58,162 nucleotides of DNA from Acidobacteriaceae bacterium (GTDB lineage: Bacteria > Acidobacteriota > Terriglobia > Terriglobales > Acidobacteriaceae): the NCBI GenBank assembly GCA_003138955.1, contig PLHP01000200.1, forward strand, positions 1-58,162, written 5' to 3'. The notes under the pieces are model-generated. The model was given only the letters and a program-made list of their open reading frames with translations, made no database searches and had not been told where the DNA came from. This document shows, in pieces, positions 18,855 through 27,217 of the stretch; position 1 is the stretch's first letter, and each line of letters begins with the position of its first letter. A program made the position numbers and the translations under genes.

Positions 18855-20003
18855 ATGCCAGCGATTCCCAGACCCTTCCCGGACAGTGCGAGTTTGGCAC
18901 CCACCTTGGCGGCTGGTTTTGCGCCACTGAGCGCACGCCGGCTCTACATTTTCGGTGGTATCGCTCTAATTGCCGGCGGACTTCTGTTTGGCGACATCTT
19001 TGCCGTTTTCATCCTCCACCAGAACGCCGCCCGGCAAGGCGAAGCGCTCAGCGCAGCCTCTCGCGCCATCGCTGCCGGAAATGCCGCGGCGGTGAATGAA
19101 TGGTTCGGTCATCTGGGGAACGTGCTGGAGGATCGTGGCACCAAGGTGGACGCCCACGTTCACATAATTGGTGCGGGCTACCTGGCGCTGCTATTGGCGC
19201 TGGTGCAGCCGTACATCGCGCTCTCCCGGCAAACGAAAAAATCCCTGGCGGCTCTCTTCATCGCGGGCGGAGTGCTTTTGCCGGTTGGGATTTTTCTGAT
19301 TCACTACATCGGGCTCAGCGGCAGCCCGTTTTCAACAATTGGCTGGGCAAGCGTGCTAGCTGATTCTGCCGGAGCCTTGCTGACCCTTGTTCTCATCCTG
19401 CAAGCGTGGGGTTTCTGGAAGTATGTACGCAGCCGCCAACTGAGCGAGCCCGAACTTGGCGACGAAGACAGCATGTCGCGGCGCGCGCTCCTGACCGGCG
19501 GGACGATTCTGGTCTTGCTCGGCCTGCTGCATGGCGCGTATTACTCTGGCGCTCTGCTGTACGAGCACGAGCGGATGGAGACCGCGATCCTGCAACGTTT
19601 GATCAGCGCTGCCACCGTGGGAAACCTTGACGCCGCCACAGCGGAGATCAATAATTTCGGCAATCTTGCCGGCGCACGAGCCGTGAACATCGCTGCGCAC
19701 TCGCACATTATCGAATTTGGTTTGCTGGCGATGCTGCTTTCGTTCGTCCAGCCCTTGGTGTTCCTCTCAGAAAAATGGAAACGGCGGTGGGTGAAGTTGC
19801 TGCTGGGGGGCTCGGTGATTCTACCCGTGTTCGTGCTCCTGGAGTTGAAACTCGGAATGCTTGCCGGAGGTATCGCCGACATCGGCGGCCTGATGGTCAT
19901 GGTTAGCCTGGTTGGAATGCTGGTCGGCATCTTGCGTTATTCCGGCGGCCTTGATGTGGCAGAGACCGATGTTGCAGAGGCCGATGCCGCGGAGGGTGCA
20001 TGA
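18855..20003 (+). CDS. Integral membrane protein made of two tandem 4-TM His-motif modules (unknown family)
   Basis: Eight predicted TM helices. Two internally homologous halves each carry H after TM1 and (D/A)AHxH before TM2. The start is uncertain (ATG 18855; the ORF is open from 18759). The stop overlaps the next start (ATGA at 20000). Confidence 0.65.
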   Translation: MPAIPRPFPDSASLAPTLAAGFAPLSARRLYIFGGIALIAGGLLFGDIFAVFILHQNAARQGEALSAASRAIAAGNAAAVNEWFGHLGNVLEDRGTKVDAHVHIIGAGYLALLLALVQPYIALSRQTKKSLAALFIAGGVLLPVGIFLIHYIGLSGSPFSTIGWASVLADSAGALLTLVLILQAWGFWKYVRSRQLSEPELGDEDSMSRRALLTGGTILVLLGLLHGAYYSGALLYEHERMETAILQRLISAATVGNLDAATAEINNFGNLAGARAVNIAAHSHIIEFGLLAMLLSFVQPLVFLSEKWKRRWVKLLLGGSVILPVFVLLELKLGMLAGGIADIGGLMVMVSLVGMLVGILRYSGGLDVAETDVAEADAAEGA

Positions 20004-20497
20004 TGACGGGATCGCGCAAACTTCTGATTCTCGGGGGGATGGCTTTCGCCGCCTTGGGCATGCTCTACGGGCTGCAATATGCGCTTCTGGTGGAGCACCA
20101 GACGCTCGACCACATGGGAGGGTCACTCTCACAGTCTTTTGCCGCAGCGGCCAGCCGTAATGCTGGGGAGTCCCAGGCGGCGCTCGAACAGTATGGCGAA
20201 ACCAAGTACGATTATGTTCGCCAGGTGGATGCTCACTCCCACTGGATTGGACTCGCCACGCTCATGATCGTGCTGGGCGTAATTTTTGAACGGGTGAACT
20301 TCAGCGAAGGAATTCGGCAACTGGTTGCATTTTCTCTGTTGGCGGGCAGCGCGCTATTCCCGCTGGCGATCATTCTTCAGACGTATCATCATGGAGCATT
20401 AGTCTGGAAGGCTCTGGCTGTGGTCGGCTCCGGGTTGATCATCGCCGCGTTGGCGGCGACGGCTTGGGGATTTGCCCGGCCGGGTACAACGGGTTAA
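20000..20497 (+). CDS. Integral membrane protein, a single 4-TM His-motif module (paralogue of the two halves of the preceding gene)
   Basis: 165 aa with four hydrophobic helices. It has VEHQ after TM1 and DAHSHWIG before TM2, and aligns by eye with both halves of the upstream protein. Confidence 0.65.
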   Translation: MMTGSRKLLILGGMAFAALGMLYGLQYALLVEHQTLDHMGGSLSQSFAAAASRNAGESQAALEQYGETKYDYVRQVDAHSHWIGLATLMIVLGVIFERVNFSEGIRQLVAFSLLAGSALFPLAIILQTYHHGALVWKALAVVGSGLIIAALAATAWGFARPGTTG

Positions 20498-20514
20498 CAG
20501 TTCGAGGTGCAAGT

Positions 20515-20584
20515 TAGATTCGTATCGGGGCATCGCTTTAGCGACGCCGTAAGTTCTGGAAATAAGACGCCCCTAGGGGCTGGG
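20515..20584 (+). repeat. Intergenic repeat element, copy A
   Basis: Its 30-nt core ttcgtatcggggcatcgctttagcgacgcc (20519-20548) is identical to 28505-28534. A second conserved block, agacgcccctaggggctggg, contains the palindrome gcccctaggggc. Confidence 0.8.
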
Positions 20585-20620
20585 TAGACATACTCGTTCA
20601 AACAGGAAAGACGAATCACA

Positions 20621-21514
20621 ATGTATCCGCGATCATTTCACTATCACCGGGCGGGATCGCTGAAAGAAGCGGTCACCATGCTCGGCCAGCTCGGCAAGAA
20701 CGCAAAGTTTCTTGCCGGTGGACAGAGTCTGATTCCGTTGCTCAAGTTCCGCTTCGCCAACCCCGAGCACCTGGTGGACTTGAGCTTCATCCCGGGCACC
20801 TCCTTTATTAAAGAAGACTCGGGAGCGATGCATTTCGGATTGATGACCCGTCACTCCGAGATCGAGCACTCCGCGCTGGCGAGAAGGATTCCGGTGCTGC
20901 ACGACTGCGCCGCCGGGATTGCCGACGTGCAAGTGCGAAACCAGGGCACCATCGGCGGATCGCTGGCGGAAGCCGATCCGAGCGGCGATTGGGCCAATGC
21001 CTTGATCACGCTGGACACCACCGTTCACTGCCTCGGTGCAAACGGCACGCGTACCATCGCTCTGAGCGACTTCGTCACAGACGCCTACACCACCGCGCTC
21101 GCTCACGAAGAACTTGTAACCGAAGTTGTAGTGAAGATTCCGCCTAAGGGCAGCGGCGGAGCCTATCTTGCCTTTAAGCGGGCCGCTCCTGTGTATCCGA
21201 GCGCCAGTGTGGCTGTGCAACTCAAGTTGGCGGGGGACGTTTGTGAGGATGTAGCGATTGCTCTCGGCTGCGTCGGTCTGACCGCCATCCGCGCCACCGA
21301 GGCCGAGACGGCGCTTCGCGGACAGATCCTGAACGACAAAACAGTGGCCACTGCCGCCGAAGCCGCGCGTGCTGCCGCCGATCCCCAGTCTGACATGCGA
21401 GGATCGGCGGAATACAAGCGCCAACTCATCGTAGCTCTGGCAAAGCGAGCCATTCAGATTGCCGCACGCCGCGCTCGAGGAGAAAAAGTGGAAGGGGCCC
21501 ATCTCTATGCCTGA
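20621..21514 (+). CDS. Molybdenum hydroxylase FAD-binding medium subunit (CoxM/XdhB-like)
   Basis: 297 aa. F.YHRA.SL.EA, FLAGGQSLIPLLK.R and the C-terminal RGSAEYKR are typical of CO dehydrogenase flavoprotein-domain subunits. Confidence 0.85.
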   Translation: MYPRSFHYHRAGSLKEAVTMLGQLGKNAKFLAGGQSLIPLLKFRFANPEHLVDLSFIPGTSFIKEDSGAMHFGLMTRHSEIEHSALARRIPVLHDCAAGIADVQVRNQGTIGGSLAEADPSGDWANALITLDTTVHCLGANGTRTIALSDFVTDAYTTALAHEELVTEVVVKIPPKGSGGAYLAFKRAAPVYPSASVAVQLKLAGDVCEDVAIALGCVGLTAIRATEAETALRGQILNDKTVATAAEAARAAADPQSDMRGSAEYKRQLIVALAKRAIQIAARRARGEKVEGAHLYA

Positions 21515-22001
21515 AACAGAGATCGTGGAAAAAGTCGCCATCAATATCAAGGTGAACGGCAAGGCCTACCCGCGTCAGGTCGAGCCGCGCTTGTTGCTGG
21601 TCGAGTTTTTGCGGGAGACGTGCGACCTCACCGGCACGCACGTCGGTTGCGACACGACGTACTGCGGCGCTTGCACCGTGCTGATGAACGGACTGGCGAT
21701 AAAGTCCTGCACGGTGTTTGCGGTGCAAGCTGACGGGTCGGAGATCACGACCGTTGAGGGCCTGGAAAAAGATGGCAAGCTTGATCCGATTCAAAGAGCT
21801 TTCGGCGATTCGTACGGCCTGCAGTGTGGCTACTGCACGCCCGGTTTGTTGCTCTCCACCCATCAGTTGCTCGCGCACAACCCCGAGCCGAGCGAAAAGG
21901 AAATCCGCAAAGCGATCGGCGGCAACACCTGCCGCTGCACCGGGTACATGAACGTTTTCAAGGCCATTCGGCAAGCGGGCCTTAACATGAAGGGAGTTTG
22001 A
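21507..22001 (+). CDS. Molybdenum hydroxylase [2Fe-2S] small subunit (CoxS-like)
   Basis: It carries [12 protein letters not shown] and CGYCTPG...CRCTGY cysteine motifs. The ATG at 21507 overlaps the medium-subunit stop by 8 nt. Confidence 0.9.
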   Translation: MPETEIVEKVAINIKVNGKAYPRQVEPRLLLVEFLRETCDLTGTHVGCDTTYCGACTVLMNGLAIKSCTVFAVQADGSEITTVEGLEKDGKLDPIQRAFGDSYGLQCGYCTPGLLLSTHQLLAHNPEPSEKEIRKAIGGNTCRCTGYMNVFKAIRQAGLNMKGV

Positions 22002-22002
22002 G

Positions 22003-22515
22003 ATGGCGATTAAGTTCTCCGGTGAGTTCGAGGTCAAGAAGAGACCTGAGGAGGTTTATGAGTTCCTGACGGATCCGAACCGGTTTGCGCCGCTGCTGCC
22101 GGATTTTCAGGGAGTCTCGGTGGAAGATGCAACGCACTTTACGGTGAAGGTGAAGGTGGGCATTTCCTATATTAAAGGCACTGCGCACGTGAAGTTGGAA
22201 CTGTCCGAGAGCGATCATCCTCGGCGCGCGCAATATAAAGGACAGGGATCCGTCGCCGGTGGAAACGTCACCATGGTCGCCGGTTTTGACCTGTCTCCGA
22301 TCGCGGGCGGAAGCGCAGAAGGAGCCGCGGCAGGACCCGCAGAAGGAGCCACGGACGGAACCGCGCTCGTAACCGTACTCGGCACCAAGGTGAACTGGCA
22401 GGGCGAAGCCCAGCTTTTCGGCCGGCTGACTTCGGTGGCCGGCGGGCTGATCGAGCCGCTGGGTAAGAAGTCGATTCAAAAATTAATCGATGGATTGCAG
22501 GCGGCTTTGGCGTAG
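22003..22515 (+). CDS. CoxG-like SRPBCC protein
   Basis: 170 aa. The N-terminus (F.V...PEEVYEFLTDP.....LLP) and C-terminus (G.L.E...K....K.ID.L) resemble carbon monoxide dehydrogenase subunit G. It contains an Ala/Gly/Glu-rich low-complexity insertion (GGSAEGAAAGPAEGATDG). Confidence 0.7.
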   Translation: MAIKFSGEFEVKKRPEEVYEFLTDPNRFAPLLPDFQGVSVEDATHFTVKVKVGISYIKGTAHVKLELSESDHPRRAQYKGQGSVAGGNVTMVAGFDLSPIAGGSAEGAAAGPAEGATDGTALVTVLGTKVNWQGEAQLFGRLTSVAGGLIEPLGKKSIQKLIDGLQAALA

Positions 22516-22563
22516 ATGTGTGGGGCAGGCATTTCTGCCGTCGAAGATGGAGGTACTAATAGC

Positions 22564-25026
22564 GTGACTGAAGCGATTAAGAACGGACCGACCTGGGTAG
22601 GTACTTCGCTGCCTCGGAAAGAGGAAGACCGGCTGCTGCGCGGCCGGGGCAAGTTTGTGGACGATATCAAGTTGCGGGAAATGACGTATCTCCGCTTCGT
22701 GCGCTCCCCGTATGCGCATGCCCGGGTCCTCAGCGTGGATACCTCGGCTGCGGAAGCATTGCCTGGTGTCGTGTGCACGATCACCGGCAAGGAAGTGGCC
22801 GCCCAGACGCAGCCTTTCATCGAGATGGCGCCGGGCCAAGGGCAGAAGATTCGCGACTTCCCCTTGGCTGTCGAAAAGGTCCGCTACCAGGGGGAACCAG
22901 TAGCCGCGGTAATTGCCGAGTCTGCGAGCCTCGCCGATGATGCCGCCGAGCTGGTGCAGGTCGAGTACGAACCGCTCGAGCCCGTGGTCGACTCGGAGGA
23001 GGCGCTGTTAAATAAAAGCATTCTTCACGAAGAAGCGGGAACAAACCAGGTCTGGACTGGCATCTGGGAGTTCGGCGAGGTGGAGAAAGCGTTTCAGGAG
23101 GCGGCCTATGTGGTGAAGATCGACCGCATGCACTTCCATCGTTTCTCTTCGACCCCTCTCGAGACCAACGTCGTGATCGGCCAGTGGGAGCCGAAAGAAG
23201 ATCGCATTCAATACTGGTGTAATAATTCGTTTCCCTCGTTTGCCATTCAATTTATTGCTGCCCACCTCATGGTCCATATCGATCGCATCCGGGCGCAGAC
23301 CTCTGATATCGGGGGGAGCTTCGGCATCAAGATCACCAGCTATCCGCAGATGGCGGTGTGCGCGCTGGCTTCAAAGAAAGCCGGCGGACGTCCGGTGAAG
23401 TGGGTGGAAACGCGCTCCGAGCACATGACTGCAAGCGCGCACGGAAACGAGCGCACCTTCCGCGACACGCGGGTCGCGCTCGACAAGAACGGAGAGATCA
23501 CCGCGATCGCTTCACGGCATATTGACGATTGCGGAGCTTATCCTCGCTACGAACCCCTGGGATGTGTGATTTACTCCCAGGTGTTCTGCGGCACGTACCG
23601 CTTCAAGAACGCTCGTATCGAGTTCACACAGACCGTCAGCAACAAGTGCCCAGTCGGCCCCAATCGCGGCTACTCGCGCATGCAGCACCTGTGGTTCCTG
23701 GAGCGCATCGTGGACATATGCGCTCACGAAATCGGTATCGCGCCTGACGAAATGCGCCTGCGCAACTACATTCGCCCGGAAGAGTTCCCTTACACCACGC
23801 CCAACGGGTGCGTGTACGACTCCGGCAACTATCCGAAGATGCTCGAAGTTGCAAAAGACCTGATTGGTTGGGACGCCTGGCAGAAGAAGCGGGCCGAGGC
23901 GCGGCGAGAAGGCCGCATGTTCGGGATTGGCATCGGCACCACGCTCGATTCCGGAACGAACAATTTCGGACAGTCACAGATCGTCGACCCCAACGCGCCC
24001 TTTTCCGGCAACTCGCAGGGTGCGAACTGCAAACTGGATATTTATGGCGAAGTCGTGGTTGCCGTGGGCTCCTGCCCGCAGGGTCAGGGACATGAGACGG
24101 TGGCGGCGCAAGTCGTCGCCGATGTGCTCAACATCTCCCCGGACATGATCACCGTCCGCACCGGCTTCGATACCGAGCGCAACGTGCATACCGGCATGTC
24201 CGGAACCTACGCGAGTCAGTTTGTGGTTTCAGGACTGTCGGCGGTTCACGGCGCCGCCCAGAAGCTTAAGGCCGAGATGAAGCGCCTGGCCGCGTTTGTG
24301 CTCAAAACCAGTGAAGACGATCTGGAATTCGGAACCGGTGGGATGGGGCCGGAAGTCAAGGCCAAGAGCACCGGCAAGTCGATCAACTACTGGGGTCTGG
24401 CGAACATTGTTAACGTGAATAGCGCCGTGCTCTCTCCGGAACTGCAAGACGTCACGCTCAACTGCCGCTACATCTGGCGCGCCAATTTCAAGGTGCCAGA
24501 CAAAGAAAAGAAGTATGGCAACCTCACCCTAACCTATTCCTCACAATTGCACATCGCAGTGATCGAGGTGGATCGCGATACCTTCGTGCCCAAGATTCTC
24601 GACTACGTTGCGGTGGAAGATTGCGGGGTTGCCATCAATCCGCGGATCGTGGAAGGGCAGGTCTATGGCGCGACGGCTCATGCCATTGGCGCCGCGCTGA
24701 TGGAGAACTGCGTCTACGATGCGGTCGGCAACATGCTGACCAGTACGTTCAGCGACTACACGCCGATAACATCCATGAATATTCCCAACATTAAATATGG
24801 ACACATTTCGACACCTTCGCCCTTCACCTACAGTGGCGCAAAGGGCATGGGGGAGGGCGGCGCAGGTCCGATCCACACGATTTCAGCGACATTGCAGGAC
24901 GCGTTGTTTGGGCAAGGTATCTTTATCAACGAATCCTTTAACAACGCCAACAGCATTTTCCGTTCGCTCAAGTATCGGGAAGGCGGACAGCTCGCTCAGT
25001 CAGTGACGTTGGAGAAGCGGGTTTAG
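22564..25026 (+). CDS. Molybdopterin-binding large subunit of a xanthine-dehydrogenase/CoxL-family hydroxylase (substrate unknown)
   Basis: VG.SLPRKEDRLLRG.GKFVDDI, DIGGSFGIK and the C-terminal GAKGMGEGG are family hallmarks. The GTG at 22564 has a GGAGG RBS and is preferred; ATG at 22516 is also possible. Confidence 0.85.
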   Translation: MTEAIKNGPTWVGTSLPRKEEDRLLRGRGKFVDDIKLREMTYLRFVRSPYAHARVLSVDTSAAEALPGVVCTITGKEVAAQTQPFIEMAPGQGQKIRDFPLAVEKVRYQGEPVAAVIAESASLADDAAELVQVEYEPLEPVVDSEEALLNKSILHEEAGTNQVWTGIWEFGEVEKAFQEAAYVVKIDRMHFHRFSSTPLETNVVIGQWEPKEDRIQYWCNNSFPSFAIQFIAAHLMVHIDRIRAQTSDIGGSFGIKITSYPQMAVCALASKKAGGRPVKWVETRSEHMTASAHGNERTFRDTRVALDKNGEITAIASRHIDDCGAYPRYEPLGCVIYSQVFCGTYRFKNARIEFTQTVSNKCPVGPNRGYSRMQHLWFLERIVDICAHEIGIAPDEMRLRNYIRPEEFPYTTPNGCVYDSGNYPKMLEVAKDLIGWDAWQKKRAEARREGRMFGIGIGTTLDSGTNNFGQSQIVDPNAPFSGNSQGANCKLDIYGEVVVAVGSCPQGQGHETVAAQVVADVLNISPDMITVRTGFDTERNVHTGMSGTYASQFVVSGLSAVHGAAQKLKAEMKRLAAFVLKTSEDDLEFGTGGMGPEVKAKSTGKSINYWGLANIVNVNSAVLSPELQDVTLNCRYIWRANFKVPDKEKKYGNLTLTYSSQLHIAVIEVDRDTFVPKILDYVAVEDCGVAINPRIVEGQVYGATAHAIGAALMENCVYDAVGNMLTSTFSDYTPITSMNIPNIKYGHISTPSPFTYSGAKGMGEGGAGPIHTISATLQDALFGQGIFINESFNNANSIFRSLKYREGGQLAQSVTLEKRV

Positions 25027-25033
25027 GGACGGG

Positions 25034-25984
25034 ATGAAGAAAGTTTGCATCATCGGTTGCGGTGCGATCGGCAGCCTCTACGCCGCGCACCTGGCGCGCG
25101 TCGCCGAAGTGTGGGCCTTGGTTCGCCGCGAAGATCACGCTGCCGAGCTCAACCGCAGCGGTCTCCGCGTTACCGGAACCCACAACTTCGTCGTTCCGTT
25201 AAGAGCCACCACCAACCCAGGAGACTTGCCGGACTGCGATCTGGGCATCGTCGCCACGAAAGCCACTCAGGTCCAAGAATCGTTTCGCCCGGTGGGCCAC
25301 CGCTTTGATCGAGGAGCCGTTCTCTCCGCCCAGAACGGAGTCGGCAGCGAAGAAATCATTGCTGCCTTCACGCGCGGTTACGTCCTCCGCGCCACCACCT
25401 TCATGAGCGGCACGCGCCACAGCGACACGCACGTGCAGTATGAACTCGACACTCCAACCTGGATGGGACCCTTTGAGCCAACCGGCACGCCATTCTCCGT
25501 AGTCAAAGAAGCTGCGGATCTCATCGTCGCCGGCGGCCTCAAAGCCGAGGCGCTCGAAGACGCCCGTCCCGCGCAGTGGTCCAAGCTGATTTTTAATTCC
25601 TCGGTGAATAGTGTGTCCGCTCTGACCGGCCTGCCGCACTCGCCACACTTTTCCGACGAAGCGAAATTCTCCGACCTCGGCCATCTGCTCCACGCGTTAA
25701 TCGATGAGGGCAAGAGAGTGGCCGAGGCCGCGGGCGTTCGCCTGCACGAAGATCCCTGGGGAATGAACCGGATCGGCGCCATGACCAACCACCCGCCCTC
25801 CATGCTTCACGATGTCCGCCATAGGTTGACCACCGAAATCGATTTTCTCTCCGGCGCCATTGCTCGCGAAGCCGAGCGCGCCGGTGTACCGGCGCCGCTG
25901 CATAGCGCGGTCTACCGGCTCATCAAAGGCAAAGAAGCAGCTTGGGATTTTCAGGACGAAAATAAACCCGTAACCGTGGAATGA
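25034..25984 (+). CDS. Ketopantoate reductase (PanE/ApbA) family oxidoreductase, copy 1
   Basis: The N-terminal IIGCGAIGSLYAAHL Rossmann motif, QNGVG.EE and W.KL..N motifs match the family. The length is typical for it. Confidence 0.75.
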   Translation: MKKVCIIGCGAIGSLYAAHLARVAEVWALVRREDHAAELNRSGLRVTGTHNFVVPLRATTNPGDLPDCDLGIVATKATQVQESFRPVGHRFDRGAVLSAQNGVGSEEIIAAFTRGYVLRATTFMSGTRHSDTHVQYELDTPTWMGPFEPTGTPFSVVKEAADLIVAGGLKAEALEDARPAQWSKLIFNSSVNSVSALTGLPHSPHFSDEAKFSDLGHLLHALIDEGKRVAEAAGVRLHEDPWGMNRIGAMTNHPPSMLHDVRHRLTTEIDFLSGAIAREAERAGVPAPLHSAVYRLIKGKEAAWDFQDENKPVTVE

Positions 25985-27192
25985 GATTGCGTTGTGAGAC
26001 TGATATGGCCTGGCCCGTAGACAAAACAAAACTCGATCGCGTCCGCGCCCTGATGAAAGATCAGGATCTCTCCGCCCTGGTCTGCCGTGCGCCTGACAAT
26101 GTTCTCTACCTCACCAACTACTGGTGCATGAAGGGCTATGACGCCGTCATCTTTCCGCGCGATGGCGAGCCCACATTGATTGCCCTCGCGCCGCAGCAGG
26201 CCGACGCCGAGCGTAACTCGTGGACAAGAGAAATTCTCTACTTCAAAGGCTACGACGAGTGCGATCCGCGCCCACCGCAGTTCCGCGCCTGGGACCGCGC
26301 CTACGAGGTCCTGAAGCAGCGCGGCCTGACCGACAAAGTTGCCGTCGAACTCAACATGGGCACGCAGTCCGCCGACCGTATGGTGGGCGAACCGACCACC
26401 TTCATGATGTCCTATTTTGAATCGTTCAAGAAGTTTTGCGGCGAGGTCGTGGACGCGACGCCGCTCCTCAACGAGGCCCGCTCGATCAAGACCGGTCAGG
26501 AAGTCGAGCGCATGCGTTTAGCCAACGAACTCGCGGCCCTGGCGATGGATTACACCCGCGAGCACATGCGCCCGGGCATGAAAGAAAGCGAAGTCGGCGC
26601 CATGTATGAAGGCTTCGTGCACGGAACGGGCGTGGGCTACCAAGGCAAAGTCGAGATGGCCCGCGCCTTCACGCTGGTGTGGTCGGGCAAGGGAATTGCC
26701 ACGTTCACCGCAACCGGCGACCGCCCGATTCAGAAAGACGAGCCAACGCTCTTCGAAATCTGGGTCTGTGCGGACGGCTATTGGACCGATCTCACCAAGA
26801 ATGCCTGTCCCGGTGAATTGAAGCCTGAGTATCACAAGCTGCTCGACCTTCTGCTTAAGGTTTTCAACGACGGCGTTGCCTTCGCGCGCCACGGTGCCAG
26901 CTTCCCTGAACTCGACAAACTCATTCGCGCGCGCATCGCCGAAGGCGGATACGCTGGACAGCCCTCCCACCCCATCTGCCACGGCGTCGGCGCCCGCGCC
27001 CACGAATGGCCTTATGCGCACCAGGCCGGCACCGGCACAATAAAAAAGGGAATGGTGCTGGCGATCGAGCCCGGCATTTACTGGCCGGGCGGCGGAGGTC
27101 TGCGTTTGGAAGACAATTTTCTGATCACCGAAAACGGCAACGAAAAACTATGCACCGACCCGGACGATTTCCGTCTGGCAAAACATCACTGA
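25981..27192 (+). CDS. M24-family metallopeptidase / creatinase-prolidase-fold hydrolase, copy a
   Basis: It has a creatinase-like N-domain followed by a pita-bread domain. Ligand-position residues look largely canonical (..GYWTD.T, HGVG, LAIEPG, LRLED). The ATG at 25981 overlaps the PanE stop (ATGA); an alternative ATG lies at 26005. Confidence 0.75.
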   Translation: MRLRCETDMAWPVDKTKLDRVRALMKDQDLSALVCRAPDNVLYLTNYWCMKGYDAVIFPRDGEPTLIALAPQQADAERNSWTREILYFKGYDECDPRPPQFRAWDRAYEVLKQRGLTDKVAVELNMGTQSADRMVGEPTTFMMSYFESFKKFCGEVVDATPLLNEARSIKTGQEVERMRLANELAALAMDYTREHMRPGMKESEVGAMYEGFVHGTGVGYQGKVEMARAFTLVWSGKGIATFTATGDRPIQKDEPTLFEIWVCADGYWTDLTKNACPGELKPEYHKLLDLLLKVFNDGVAFARHGASFPELDKLIRARIAEGGYAGQPSHPICHGVGARAHEWPYAHQAGTGTIKKGMVLAIEPGIYWPGGGGLRLEDNFLITENGNEKLCTDPDDFRLAKHH

Positions 27193-27217
27193 GAGCTGAG
27201 AACCGGGAACTGAGAAC

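Noticed and set aside
19953-19997. Three imperfect 15-nt tandem repeats (gatgtggcagagacc / gatgttgcagaggcc / gatgccgcggagggt) encoding DVAET-DVAEA-DAAEG. A similar gcagaaggagcc duplication lies in coxG (about 22315-22350).
   Set aside because: These are short in-frame low-complexity expansions at a protein C-terminus or loop. They are most simply explained by replication slippage, and nothing indicates an independent function.
22564-25026. Annotation of the Cox-like cluster as a genuine aerobic CO dehydrogenase.
   Set aside because: The large subunit lacks the form I VAYRCSFR loop with its Cu-ligating Cys. No coxDEF-type maturation genes are present in the window.
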